A stretch of 62,363 bases of DNA, counting the filler, from Vannella sp. (taxonomy: Eukaryota): assembly GCA_023345925.1 (NCBI GenBank). It is 5 parts of 5 records of this genome, joined end to end, with 100 filler letters (N's around TTAATTAATTAA, not from the genome) between each part and the next. Parts side by side here need not be neighbours in the genome. Positions count along the whole stretch, not along the records: positions 27,389 to 57,597 come from JAJQQN010001249.1; 4 more parts are not named here. One strand, 5' to 3'. Positions 45,596 to 57,597 of the stretch are shown here, piece by piece; within the stretch, counting starts at the first letter, position 1, and every line of letters starts with the position of its first letter. The notes under the pieces were generated by a model, which was not told the origin of the DNA, ran no database searches, and was given only the letters and a program-made list of their open reading frames with translations. The position numbers and the translations under genes were made by a program.

Positions 45596-45704
45596 ACGTC
45601 CGCTGGTCTGCGTTGAAAAGTGCTTCTAAATTCGAATGGCACCAATGCGAATGATGATTTTATTTGTTTTTAAGAGGGCTACTTTTCCAGCGTTTGATAG
45701 GATG
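45596..45704. repeat. Dispersed 109-bp non-coding element, copy 2
   Basis: Ungapped match to 13115-13223; lies between two convergent genes. Confidence 0.85.
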
Positions 45705-45799
45705 TGGTTCGTTACTGGTCTGCAGCGAGACTAGTAACGATGGATAAAAGAAACCTTTTTATTCAACACGAAAGGCCCCTTCATGCCATTTGAGTGTCC

Positions 45800-46866
45800 C
45801 TAAATTGGACTATCTTCATCTAAGTCAGCTTCCACCCCTTGAATACCTTGACCCTCTTCCTCCTCTCCCTCATCTTCTGAATCTTGAGCAAAGCTGTCGT
45901 CCCTGGGCAGGTGACTAATAGTCTCCAGATACTTGTTCGTTACTTTGGCCATCCGCAGGGCCCAAAGAGCAGAACCACACAGATTCGTCCAATAAAACAC
46001 CAAAGAGAGAATGGGAATGTTCAGCAGAAGCGCAGCAAGGAAGCCGAAGAGCTCGTAGGCCACAAAGCGCTTCCCAACCCACCTCAATTGCCCCCAGAAT
46101 GTCAGCCCTTTTGATGCCAGGAACGCCGCTTGGTACACTGGCAGACTTTCAGTCGTTTTTCATCAGGACGAAGAAGCTTTCACTTACTCCAAGCAATCGC
46201 CCAGCCAGTGGCCAAAGGAACAAGCAAGGACCCACCGACACCTGGCACTGTCAGAAGAGGTGCAGTGGCGATATTGAGGGAGACAGTGAGAAGTAAGGAG
46301 TATCCAACGATGTGGAGACGTTCTGAAGTAGGTACAGCGGACAGAGGCTGGTAGTTCTTGATCTCTGATCCTTCCAGCTCGAAGATCTTGTCGTAGATCT
46401 TCCTCCTGCTCACGTCAAGGATGACCATGAAGAGGATGTTGACAAGGAAGTTGGTCTCTTGCAGAACTAGGTAGAAAGCGTAGAGTTCGGGGATCAGGGG
46501 ACTCGCGTCGGGGTCGTCGTCCACAAAATCCTCGACTCTATCAATCCAGACCACCTGCGGGTACCACAAGAAGAACATGAGAACGAGGAAGACAGCTATA
46601 CTCAATACTGCGAGGAGACAAAAGGGAACAATGAGAGCTTTCCACACCCACGCGTGGGTGAAGGCGTAGACTGCCCCATTCCACAGGAACCAAGGGCTAG
46701 ACTGAAGCCCACGCAGTGAGTTACGCCACACCTCTTTGCTCCTCTTCTTCGAAACAGAACGGATGTTCATCGCTGCCTTGTGAAGGCCAAGGGACACGCC
46801 AGAACGCGCCTTTATCTCCTCCGGCCCATCACCAAGCAATGGAGTCTCCTCCCCATTGATCGACAT
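45800..46866 (-). CDS. Multi-pass membrane protein, EI24/CysZ/Rrt8-like
   Basis: Several TM helices; LLTVPGVG and FGFLAALLLNIPILSLVFYWTNLCGSALWA resemble the EI24-domain C-terminus; one intron near 46140-46186. Confidence 0.6.
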
Positions 46867-47019
46867 GAGTAAATGAATGTTGAAGAGATGTATTCTCACG
46901 TCCCCAACGCCGTGTATGGGAATCACTGAGAATCGTCGCCAAGTCCCAAGTCATTCTCAGTAGGAAAGGTGCAGCCACTGACTAGTCAAGAGGAGGTGTT
47001 TAATGGATGGATGTGATCT

Positions 47020-50000
47020 TTAGAACTCTTCGGTGAGTCCAAACCGGCTGAAAGCGGTGCGGATGCTGACAATCGATCGCTGGCAGCGAATGGCTTCGTC
47101 CAATTGACTTGGGAAAAAGTCCTCCCGCCAAAGGCCTTGCTTTTCTAAGGCACTAAACTCTCTAGCCAGTTTACTCGCGTCCTTACGGAGACACTTGGCA
47201 GACTCTTGAAGCTCCTGGTACTGAGGGAACTCACGATGAAGCACCTCAACACTCAACTGGAGCTTGGTGATTGCACCCAAAGTCTCTTCCACTTTGTCAT
47301 ACTTCTCCAATAGAAGCACGAGAGCATGCTCAAAGTATTTGAGGTATCCCAGCAGTGTCTGCAAGTACCTCTTCAAGTCTCTTGTTGTTGCACTCTGTTG
47401 TTCCAGCTGCTGCCTGGTAAGCTGCTCAGAGGCATCAATGTCCTCTTCTGGTGACTGCAAATTGAGTACTGAAGAGAAGAACTCTCGGAACTCCTGCATG
47501 CAGTGGTCGAGATAAGTGGCAGCCTTGTTCTTGTGGTCCGTAGTGTCAATCAATTGCATCAAACTGTCCGTCTTAATCATCAACTCCTGTTTGTTTGAGA
47601 CAAACTCCTTCTGATACGCTGTCCACTTGATGTCAAGGGTGGATTGCTTTTGTTCCAGTCTGCTGAGTCGCTTCTCGACCTTCTGCAGTGCCTCCAAGAG
47701 CCTCTCACGCTCAGAAGAAAGTTCCTTCTGCTGTTCAGCAATCAGCTGTTGCTCGCTAGCGACCCGTTTCTTTTCTGTGATGTACTGCCCCTCCGTGTTC
47801 TTCATGTTCTTGGAGATGCTCACTAATTCAGTGGTCCATTCCGACTTCTCTACACCCCCTTTTGCTGTGGAAAGGGAGGCCAATTGCTCTCGAATATCGT
47901 CCGATAGAGTGACAAACTGGGCTAGAATCTTCATCTTCTTCTGGTCCTTGAGCTTGATGAGGCTCTCCTTGCGTTGTTGTAATTGAATGATCTTCATCTG
48001 ACTTTCCAACCGCTTGCGTCGGACCTGATGCTCCTTATGGTCCTTATCGGCCACCATTTGGACCTGATCAATCAACTCAATCTGCTCTCGAAGCTTGATA
48101 ATGTCTTGTTGAACTCTCAATAGCTGATGAGAGAGCTGCCTATACGACGGAGGAATCTTAAAGCAACCCACCAACCGGCGAGAAAGCTCGTCCTTTTCAG
48201 GTGAGGTTGATTCTTGGAGTCTTCGAAGACATTCAAGGAGCTGTTGATGTTTGCTCGAGTCTCCCACCAAACAATGCGAGAACAATTGGTTCAGTCGAAT
48301 GGAAAGCTCACGCTGAACATTCTGGGGGGACTGAGTGAGCTCAATAGCGCTCATCTTGATTAAGAGGGTCTCAATCGCATTGGAGAAACAAAGACACTCC
48401 TTCAAAGAGCCGTCATCGCGGAGCTTTCGGTTCCACTTGTCGATGAGATCCACAATTTGTTGCGGGTCGGACCCCAATTCAGAAGCCATTAACTCAAACC
48501 TGGCACATTTGTTATAGTCCATAGCTGCTTCACCGTCTTGGACGAGTTCTGAGCGCTCTGTATCTGACATGATTGGCTCTAATTCTAAGCTGATGGAATA
48601 GGCTACTTCGTCGTCGATTGTTGCCAATGAACGAAGAGTTCGTAACAATTCTTTGTTCTCTTGAAGGCCGTAAGGCGTCTTTTGAAGGCGCTGGATATCT
48701 CTGAAGACCTTTGATACCATCGATACTTTTGCCAAGTTGACAAGAGGACCAGCAGCCTCACTCGGCTTGGTCCACTTGTTCGCACACTCAATGAATTGAA
48801 GGTCTGATAGCCACATTCCTGGGAATGGCACACAGGGACCGACAGAGGCCTTCAGAATTGCTCGATAGTCCTTATAGTTCTCTCGAACCATCATGTCGAA
48901 GAGTGCATCAACCTTCCGCCTCTGTTTGATACCCACTTCCTCCCAAGTACGTTTCAGGCGGTCAACAGCGCAGCACTGAAGCCCGCCGATGATGGCCATA
49001 ACAGAGTTGTAGTTGGACAACTCTCTGCACTTTAGAGCCACATTAATGCACCACTTGATCACACGGGCTCGCTCCTTAACGTCGCGTTCAGATAGCACTA
49101 AAGTCTGGACCCAGAGAGTTATGAACGTGCTGTGATGAATCATATGCAACAACTGAGGAGACAATTGGTCACGGTCCTCCTTTGTCCACGCCAAATTGAT
49201 AAACTCAGTGAGAGCCACGCGGTGGAAACGGGACTGCTCAATTAAGGTCAATTGAGATGCGACTTCAAGCGGGGAGAAGCTTTTTGGGACGTCTAACGAG
49301 GCGGTCTGCAACCCGAAAGTGGGGATTGCTCTCTCATTTGATTTGGGTGGGCGAGGGGAGAGCAAAGCTGGTTCAGTATCCGAAGAGGATGCGAGGGTTG
49401 TAGGCCCAGGTGTTGGCTTGGCCTGAGTTCGGAGCCACATGAAGACGAGCTCTTCCGTGCCAGTAACACCATCAGTCTTAGAGATGACATCAATGAACTG
49501 GTCAAGAATGGTGTGAGTGCGAGCAGGGAAGAAGCGTTGGGGAATCACGCGAATCCAGCAATGAAGGATAAAGACCAATCGGTTCCTCAAAATCAAAAGG
49601 GCCCGTTCTTCCTTCATGTTGCTGGTGTTCCACCGAGCCACCAAAAGCTCAGCAAAGTGAAGAGGATCCAGGAAGCCAGACATGCACAAGAGGAATCTCT
49701 CAATAATGTCCTCTCTTCCTGTCGCGGAAGAAAAGCACATAAAGTCGAGGATGTCGTTGACACTAAAGAACCCTTCGAGCTCTTCAATGGAAGCAGAAGA
49801 GCCAGTACTAGAACAGCTGGAGCTATCTTCTTCACTCTCGGAACTGTTTCCGTCATCTGACTCGAGCAGGGACTCCCTTCGCTTCTTTCGTGGCAGCTTC
49901 TTGCCTGTGGCGCTCATGAGGTTGTCCAAAAAGCTCTTGCGTCGACCCTTTGAGCGAGTGGATGCTGCGCCATCGCTGAGGATTTCTGCCACTTGTTGAG

Positions 50001-50655
50001 AGGTGGCTGTTGGAAGAATAGATCGATTTTGGAGCCGCTGAGGGTCCTGGTGGCGTGTCACTGTGGCAGTCTCGCAATGAGATATCTCATTGGCGTATTT
50101 GGTGATGCTTCGGCTACTCCTACGACGGTTCAGGCGTGGGGAGGATTGGTGTTTTCGGTTTGCCTCGCTCACCAGCGCTTCAAACAAGGCGATCAACTCC
50201 GTATGGCCACTTCCGTTGCAAGAGGACTCCACAATTGAGTGAAATGCGACAGCATTCGCGTCGCAAAGCCCCTTTGCAGAATCTCCGGACTCAAGTAGAG
50301 TCAATGGGAAGCCATGCCTCTTTGAGATCCTCTCCTTCTCAATCTTAGACAGTGTGGTGGACAGCTGCTTCAGAGATACCTCTAAGGTATCGTGGATAAA
50401 GACGATTCCGTGCACTTTCGCCCAGTAGCGGGATCCATTGGTGTCAATACTCTCCATCAGTTGAGGGTGGGTCAGGCATTCTACCTTCACCTTCTTATCA
50501 CAGATACGAAGAGCTGAGAGTGGTTTTCCTTCCGTTGCGTTGCTCTCGGGACAGTTCTCCAAGTCGGCAGCGCCCTCCTGTGACTGGTGCAAGTTGCGGA
50601 GGACCTCCTTGCAATTGGTCTCTTCTCCAACGAACAAGAGCCTCACAAACAACAT
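47020..50655 (-). CDS. RasGEF (REM + CDC25) with degenerate GTPase-like N-terminus and long C-terminal coiled coil; intronless
   Basis: EVASQLTLIE, WVQTLVL, LSNYNSVMAIIGGL, RLKRTW, NYKDYR, PCVPFPGMWLSDLQFI, VNLAK. Confidence 0.9.
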   Translation of the reverse strand: MLFVRLLFVGEETNCKEVLRNLHQSQEGAADLENCPESNATEGKPLSALRICDKKVKVECLTHPQLMESIDTNGSRYWAKVHGIVFIHDTLEVSLKQLSTTLSKIEKERISKRHGFPLTLLESGDSAKGLCDANAVAFHSIVESSCNGSGHTELIALFEALVSEANRKHQSSPRLNRRRSSRSITKYANEISHCETATVTRHQDPQRLQNRSILPTATSQQVAEILSDGAASTRSKGRRKSFLDNLMSATGKKLPRKKRRESLLESDDGNSSESEEDSSSCSSTGSSASIEELEGFFSVNDILDFMCFSSATGREDIIERFLLCMSGFLDPLHFAELLVARWNTSNMKEERALLILRNRLVFILHCWIRVIPQRFFPARTHTILDQFIDVISKTDGVTGTEELVFMWLRTQAKPTPGPTTLASSSDTEPALLSPRPPKSNERAIPTFGLQTASLDVPKSFSPLEVASQLTLIEQSRFHRVALTEFINLAWTKEDRDQLSPQLLHMIHHSTFITLWVQTLVLSERDVKERARVIKWCINVALKCRELSNYNSVMAIIGGLQCCAVDRLKRTWEEVGIKQRRKVDALFDMMVRENYKDYRAILKASVGPCVPFPGMWLSDLQFIECANKWTKPSEAAGPLVNLAKVSMVSKVFRDIQRLQKTPYGLQENKELLRTLRSLATIDDEVAYSISLELEPIMSDTERSELVQDGEAAMDYNKCARFELMASELGSDPQQIVDLIDKWNRKLRDDGSLKECLCFSNAIETLLIKMSAIELTQSPQNVQRELSIRLNQLFSHCLVGDSSKHQQLLECLRRLQESTSPEKDELSRRLVGCFKIPPSYRQLSHQLLRVQQDIIKLREQIELIDQVQMVADKDHKEHQVRRKRLESQMKIIQLQQRKESLIKLKDQKKMKILAQFVTLSDDIREQLASLSTAKGGVEKSEWTTELVSISKNMKNTEGQYITEKKRVASEQQLIAEQQKELSSERERLLEALQKVEKRLSRLEQKQSTLDIKWTAYQKEFVSNKQELMIKTDSLMQLIDTTDHKNKAATYLDHCMQEFREFFSSVLNLQSPEEDIDASEQLTRQQLEQQSATTRDLKRYLQTLLGYLKYFEHALVLLLEKYDKVEETLGAITKLQLSVEVLHREFPQYQELQESAKCLRKDASKLAREFSALEKQGLWREDFFPSQLDEAIRCQRSIVSIRTAFSRFGLTEEF

Positions 50656-50902
50656 CAGTCAGCCGCTAAATGATACTCCCCGCCACTTCCAGAGGTTGGA
50701 TACACCAACGGAAGCACTTTCCCGCCAGAGAAGAAACTCCAACAAAGAAATGCTTCCATATTTCATTGCTTTATGAACAATTCAATTCGGGCAGTCAGTG
50801 CACTGATCGCGCCACATTTACCTTCAAAAAAAGATGAAGCGCCTTGCGATTGGCTCAGCCCAAAATATCAGACGAAAATATCTTCTGGCGAGCCCACGAT
50901 CG

Positions 50903-52009
50903 ATGCAATCCTCCCTGGCTCCATCTTTCCCCGATCTTGACCCCACCACGCAGGCTAAGAAGCCGCGGAAGCCTTACACGATCACAAAACAACGAGAGAG
51001 CTGGACAGATGAGGAACACGAGAAGTTCGTGGAAGCCTTGAAAGTGTTAGTTACTTCCTCACCCACTCTCTGGATGAGGCTAAATTGAGCTCCTTAGATA
51101 CGACCGCGACTGGAAGAAGATCGAATCCCTAGTGGAGACAAAGACGGTCATTCAGGTAAGCACAAGCATGTTTCAACTGACCGACTGCTGAACGCTGCTT
51201 CAGATTCGCAGCCACGCGCAGAAGTACTTCTTGAAGGTTCAGAAGAACAAAACGGGTGAACACATTCCCCCTCCACGCCCCAAACGGAAGTCTCCCGGTC
51301 ATCACTCCAGCTCGAAGGCGAAGAGGAAGTGCACTGAAGAAAACCGCAGAACCTCTGAACATCTGCCTTTTGTTGCCAAGTGTGTTGCTCCGTATACTCC
51401 CAGTGCTGCCCCTTTCATGTTGAACACGCGTGCGTCCATTTCTTCCCTCGTCTGCTTCACACCATTGACACACGTTCAGATTTCGCTCCAGGCGCGGTTC
51501 CTCCTCCCCAACAATCTCAACTGCAAGCTCAACTCTTTCTCCAGCACGCACTGGGAGGCCCACAGGTCATTGGTAGCGCGATGGTGGGTCCCCTGCCCCA
51601 AATCTCACCACGCCCTCAAACTCAAAGTATGTCATCTCCCTTTGACTACAACTGGTTCCTTACAATCCAAACAGACTTTGCAAAGATCTACCGCTTATTA
51701 GCAACTCTTTTCGATCGCACGGAGACAAACTACATCGCCAAGCTGAACGAGTTAGACCCTGCAGACCGAGAGACTGCCCAAATACTGATGCACAACCTTG
51801 CTGTGAACCTCAGCAACCGAAACTTCATGGATTGCCATCAATCCTTGATGCAGCAGCACGCGTCTTTGGGAACCTCTCCTTCCCTCTCTCCAGCCCAAGT
51901 CCTGACTCACACGAATGACCAACCATCTCCCACTGGGTCCATCACACCCTCCGACTCTCCTGACTACTCCGACACCAACTTTCTTGTCAACTCTTCCGTG
52001 GAGCTTTGA
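50903..52009 (+). CDS. SHAQKYF single-MYB transcription factor, REVEILLE8/LCL-like, multi-exon
   Basis: RKPYTITKQRESWTDEEHEKFVEALK|YDRDWKKIE...KTVIQ|IRSHAQKYFLKVQKN...HIPPPRPKRK; C-terminal DFAKIYRLLATLFD...KLNELDPADRETAQILMHNLAVNL. Confidence 0.9.
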
Positions 52010-52156
52010 GCCAAGTATGGTGTTTGTAAAAAGTGTTTAATTATTCTTCAGAGTACCTGAAATCAAGCTGGTTCAGAGTTTGACGTGTCAAATCCCTGGC
52101 ACCAATCAGGAAACTGCTTTCAGAGGTTCTTCTCATCTCGTCCCGTGAAGCACCCC

Positions 52157-54556
52157 ATGCTGCCTTCTGGGGTGTCGCCGGGATCGGAAGAGGTTGGATT
52201 GTCTGAAGAAGATCGTGGTAGTGGGCCACTACCGTTTGACTCGTTTGGCTCGCCTATTCCTATGCAGTTTGAGGACCTTTTCACGGGCTTTGGAGGCTCT
52301 CGCTTTGGAGAGGCTCAGGTGGAAGTGGGTGACACAAAGTTGAATCCTTTACACTCGCATCTTCAGCCGGTCAACGAGGGGAGAGAAGCCAGCAATGGGG
52401 TGAGCCCTCGCTCCGCGCTTGTCCTTCGCTAACTTGTCCACAGCAGCCACTCCCAGTCTCATCCACTCCTTGGGATGTCGAAGGGTTCTCCTCTCTCTCT
52501 TTAGATCCATCGAGGAGCTCCCTTTCAGGAAGGGAAGCAAGCGTTCCTCGGGACATTTATGGAGGTTCTCGGGGGCAGAGAGAAGCATCTTCCTTCCCCG
52601 ATCGCTCCCTGTTGGGACCAAGAAGGGAGTCTACCTTTGAGAATTGGCAGCCCTTTGCTTGGGGCGACCAACGGTCCCCGCTTCAAGGTCTGAGCCTCTC
52701 TTCGTTCTCTGACCTTCGTTCATCTGAAGATCCAGGAGTGGGAATGAGTCAAGCTGGAGATCTAGGGCGCTCTGCTCCAGGGAATGTACAAATGTACCAA
52801 TCCCCCATGAGTCAGCTTCGCTCGATGGGCTCCCATCCACCACATGAGACAGGTCCGCTGGATCACTACAGAGATAACAGGGTCGGCTACCATAGCAGAG
52901 AGCCAATCTATCCAGTAGCCAGTCTATTCTCTTCTGGACAAGCTTATCCCATGCCAATGGGCTCACACCAGACGGTATACAGTCCTTCTCATTTCAATTA
53001 TGCTGGGGAAGCACCAATCTCTCGAGGGCATGGACCCAATCATCACCGAACTCCGTCAGATGGATTCCTGCAGACCAGTCATTCCACAATTACCCCAATG
53101 ACACACTTTGGAGGCGCAGTCTTCCACAATGCTGATCTTGAATACTCAATGGATCATATTGATCCTCCGGGATCCGTCTGCCGCTACTTTTTGAACGATT
53201 CTTGCATCCGAGGAGATCGCTGCAAATATCTTCACACCCAAGGGGATCCCCAACAGGATGAGAGGCAGAGAGAGAAGATGAGGCGTCCATCTCACCCCCC
53301 TCCAAAGCAACAAACAGGTAGAAGAGGTCGTGGCACGTCACTGATTGAACCAAAAAGGCCTTCTATTGATGGTAAGCTGTCAACAATCAATCCTTTTCCT
53401 GCGTTAATGATGAGCAGCTTCACGATACAATCACATTGAGGATGTGATTGGACACATTTATGAAACCTGCAAGGACCAACATGGCTGTCGATTCCTCCAA
53501 AGGAAGTTAGAGGACTCTCCCGAAGGTTCTTATCTTGTACACATTATCTATGACGAGGTTTATCAGCACATTGTAGAGCTCATGACTGGTGAGCTTCCTG
53601 AGCAACTTATTGCACATTGTTAACCTCGTCCAGACCCTTTTGGCAATTATCTGTGCCAAAAGTTGATGGAACATTGTAACGAGCAACAGCAACTCCTCAT
53701 CGTCCAGCAGGTTGCCCCTTATCTTGTAGCTATCGCAAAAAACATGCATGGGACTCGTGCTGTCCAGAAGATGATTGAGTGTCTGCGAACCCCTTCGCAG
53801 GTGCAGTTGGTGGTCCAGTCTTTGCGGTCTAGCGTTGTTGAGCTCATTAAGGATCTCAATGGAAATCACGTCATCCAGCGTTGCCTCACGCATCTCCAAA
53901 CTCATGACAAACAATTCGTGTACGATGCCGTGTCTGCTAACTGTGTGGAAGTAGCTACGCACCGCCATGGGTGCTGTGTCATGCAACGTTGCATCGACTT
54001 TGCTTCTGAAAGGCAGAATGTGAGTTTCCACTTTCATCCTCAGCACACAAACTAAGTTGGTGTTTTACTCCTCAGGTTCAATTAGTGCACCACATCATTG
54101 CTGAAGTGCTCTTCCTTGTGCAGGACTCCTTTGGGAACTACGTCGTCCAATACGTTTTGGATAAGCTGCCTTTCCCAATTGTCCGTGTCAACCTAATTCA
54201 GCAGTTTTTGGGTCATTTGGCTAAACTCTCTGTCCAGAAGTACAGTTCAAATGTGATTGAGATGGTAAGTGGTAGAACCAAGCCATAGTAGTATTGTTCA
54301 ACTAATGGGAGATCAGTGTCTAAAGAAAGCTGAGGATCACGTTCGGGTGCAGTTGATTGAAGAGTTGAGCGAAGAGCAAACTCTCAGCAAGTTAGTTCAA
54401 GATCCTTATGGAAACTATGTCATCCAAACAGCTTTGGCTCGGGCCGATTACCATCAGAAAGCAGTCCTCGAAGAACATCTCAAACCCATTCTACCAGTCC
54501 TGCGCAACACGAGTTACGGCAAGAAAATCCAAAGCAAACTTCTCCATCCGCTTTAG
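52157..54556 (+). CDS. Pumilio/PUF RNA-binding protein (8 repeats) with a CCCH zinc finger, multi-exon
   Basis: CRYFLNDSCIRGDRCKYLH; DQHGCRFLQ, DPFGNYLCQ, NMHGTRAVQ, DLNGNHVIQ, HRHGCCVMQ, DSFGNYVVQ, QKYSSNVIE, DPYGNYVIQ; start codon less certain. Confidence 0.9.
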
Positions 54557-54667
54557 CCCGACCCAAAGACCCAACCGCCCCTTGGGCAATTGTATTTCTC
54601 CCTCCTACGCCGAGTATTGAGGTCACCTGTAGTTTGCATACATTATTGATATAACTTATAGTTCTAA

Positions 54668-56117
54668 TCACTTGCGACTCGCCGCATCTCCACCTGTGAG
54701 CATGAAGACGTTCTTCTCCCCAAAAGTGGCAACGCAATTGTCCACGTGGTCAAGGAGATTGGTCAGTTTCAAGTCCAGGCCAGAATAGAAGTCAGACACA
54801 GGGAATTTGACTCGAGGGAATCCCTCATTCAGCTGGTAGTAAACGTTCCATTCAAAAATTGGTTCCCCCAAAGCCTCCACTTGTTGTCTCAGACGGTTTC
54901 CCAAACTGTTTTGAGGAGCTATTCGAGTCAACAGCCGAAATCTGACGAATCTGGCGCATCCTTACTTGCAAAAATCTTTTCTAGACTCAGAGAGCGAAGC
55001 TGGTCGATGGTTTCTTTGCGGAAACGGCACGTTTTCGCACATTTCTTCAACTTGTGAGTGTCTTGGCCCCATTCCAGCCATTTCTCCGGCCCGCAAAAGA
55101 GTGAAGTACAAGTAGATTTCCCGGCAGGGCCTGAACATAGTTAGTTCTGAAGGGGGGGAAGCTCCAGGGGGCTTTACCATGCTGGAAAGTAAGTCCACTG
55201 TCCCACAAAAGCAATTTTCGTTCTCCATCCCGCATCCAATTGTGCCCTCGCTTGCGGTCATGGTCTATGAAGGCGTTCTTTAAGCTTACACAGCTTGCTT
55301 TGAAGTGGGGAAGGCCTCACCGTCGAGTAGGAAGTCAAAAATGATGACGTCGCTGACCAGCATTGCATTCTCGTAGTCCTCTCCCGGTGCCTGCCCTGTT
55401 TCTGAGTACCACATCACCAAGTGGCCAACTACGTACACGAGGGTGGAAGGTGCGGTGGACTTCAGGCGTGTGTGTCAGGTACTCCATCATCTCATTGGAC
55501 GGAGGCGAGATCTTCAACTGGTTCATGTAGGCGTGGACAGAGATGTAGACTGTATGTTCAGGGAGCCATGAACACAAGTAATCAGACCATGAGGTGCACC
55601 CCTGGCAGCCGTAGAGCAAACGAGAGGAGATCGATCGAATGGTCGCAGGAGGCTTCCGAGCAACAGGGAAGGCAATGCGAGACACCAAGTACGATGCCAC
55701 TTCAGTCCATGCTTGATACCTTCTCCCTGAACGAGAGTAGCCAATGCCCCGGGGCTCGTACCGAGCGTTATCCATGTAAGAGTGGACTTCCCACTCTTGC
55801 TCGAACAGTTGGAAGGGCTGGACCAGCTTTGCAATGGCCAAGTGTCCCGTCTCAAACACAACAAGGTACTTGGTCGCAAGGCCAGTGTATCCCTCGTTGA
55901 CGATCTTCTTAATGGGAGAATGGCGCAGCGCTTCCTCCCACTCCCGCTGGGACTCTTCGTTCAGCTTGTAGATCTTCTTGTAGCGCGAGTCCTCCACATC
56001 AATGAGAACCTGCTTGCCATCAGTATCCTCATGCGCATGACGAGGCAACAGGATCAACAGCAACGTCATCAGGACGACCATCCCCAGCACCAGACCGCAC
56101 ACCCGCCCCGCCCTCAT
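54668..56117 (-). CDS. Type-II membrane secretory-pathway kinase, FAM20/Four-jointed-like, multi-exon
   Basis: N-terminal TM; AIAK, EVASY, FDFLL|DHDR, LLLWDSG, CRFRKETIDQL, GLDLKLTNLLDHVDNCVATFG. Confidence 0.72.
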
Positions 56118-56187
56118 CCTACAACTGGCTCCCCTTTCGCTGTGACCCATCCAAGGTGGTGGCAAAGCATGGAAATGTCATTTGCTG

Positions 56188-57336
56188 ATGAGCTCGTTCC
56201 CTGCCTTGTGCGTGGTGGAGCAGTCTCCTCTCGCTTGTGAGGAGACGGGGGCTGCTGGGGAGCTGAGGATGGTGCACACTGTGGTGAAGAACGTTCCGTT
56301 TGACATCCGCTTGGGGGTGGAGGCGTCTCCTTATGGGGAGGACTCGGTGATGGACTTTAACCACTTCCCCTTTGATGCGAAGCTCTGTTATGACACTCCT
56401 GAGAGGAAGGAGGTTCACTTTGTTACTTCTAGGCCGTTTGAAGTCCGCCGTGTCTTGCAGAGCAGCGGGACATTCGTCCACTTGCAGTTTAGGATCAAAG
56501 CGCTCAGTAGCCACTACGAGAACCTCTGTTTCCTTCTCTGTATCTTTGCTGTAGACCCCCTTCATCATGGTACACCTCTAGATCCTAACCTGGCGGCCAC
56601 TTCTGCTCCCATCCGAGTGATATCCAAGCTGGAGACCAATAAGAAGAGGAAGGAGCCCACTGGCCGGCAACCAGTACCTCGTAAGAAGAAGGAAGATCGT
56701 ATCAAAGACGCTATAGAAGAGATTCATCACACAGTCATCCAGCAGGACCAAATCGTCCGGGGACTCTCTCAATGGGCGGCAGAGCAAGGCTTCCACACTC
56801 CGCCCAGCCACTTACTACGATCCTCATCACCCCCTTCTCCGCCACCAGCCTTGCCCACATCTTTCACCACCCCGTCTCCCACCCATCCCACTCTTTCCCC
56901 TTTATTCCGGACTGAACCGTCACAGCCAGGCATCCCACTCTTTGACCTTCAGTCAGAGAGTCCCAATACCAATGCCAATGTGGCCTTTGAGTGGCCTGCA
57001 GAGTTGGCTCTGCCGGAAACATCAATGGAAGACGTTTTTTCGGAATCCCATTTCCGGTTCGCTTTTGAGTCGTTTATGACGGTCAACCAGACTCTCGAGC
57101 AGGATGAAAGACACGACCGCATTCGTACAATCCTTCGCAAACTCTCGCGGGACCAAGCAGATGTTCTTTCCCAGTTTCTGAAAGTTTTGCTGAGTCATGG
57201 TGTTGAGGCTTGCTCCAGGCAAGTCGGATGTTCTTGTTCCTACTGCCCTTATGAATTGCAGGTGCAGCAGTTCCAACTGGAACAACTCACTGCCACTCTT
57301 GACCCTGATTCCGCTTTCTCTTTCTATCCAGAGTAA
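56188..57336 (+). CDS. CudA-family (amoebozoan) transcription factor, intronless
   Basis: VVKNVPF, KEVHFV..RPFE, RIKALSSHYEN..F, SAPIRVISK followed by basic NLS; C-terminal ERHDRIRTIL and CSCSYCPY. Confidence 0.75.
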   Translation: MSSFPALCVVEQSPLACEETGAAGELRMVHTVVKNVPFDIRLGVEASPYGEDSVMDFNHFPFDAKLCYDTPERKEVHFVTSRPFEVRRVLQSSGTFVHLQFRIKALSSHYENLCFLLCIFAVDPLHHGTPLDPNLAATSAPIRVISKLETNKKRKEPTGRQPVPRKKKEDRIKDAIEEIHHTVIQQDQIVRGLSQWAAEQGFHTPPSHLLRSSSPPSPPPALPTSFTTPSPTHPTLSPLFRTEPSQPGIPLFDLQSESPNTNANVAFEWPAELALPETSMEDVFSESHFRFAFESFMTVNQTLEQDERHDRIRTILRKLSRDQADVLSQFLKVLLSHGVEACSRQVGCSCSYCPYELQVQQFQLEQLTATLDPDSAFSFYPE

Positions 57337-57597
57337 CTCGAAGAATAGATCCTATTTATTGACGCAAAGACCAGTCCTCTGACCCAGTTCTCTCCACAGC
57401 AATCATCACTAACCAGGATGAGGGATCTGGCAAAGTCCTTTCATTCTCTTTTCCTTCCCTGTCGAGTGTTCCCTCCTTGCAAGCCCAAGTCGCTGTTTGA
57501 GCATTTCAGCCAAAAAGTGAAAAAATGAAATCAGTCCAAAAGCTTATCCTGAAGAGATGGAGGTCATCAGGGCAAGCTACGCAAACACGAGTTCTGC

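Noticed and set aside
45596..45704. C/D snoRNA or tRNA-derived identity for the 109-bp element (ATGATGA; TTCGA...GGCACCA)
   Set aside because: No box D CTGA at a suitable position, box C is not conserved in copy 1, and no cloverleaf can be built
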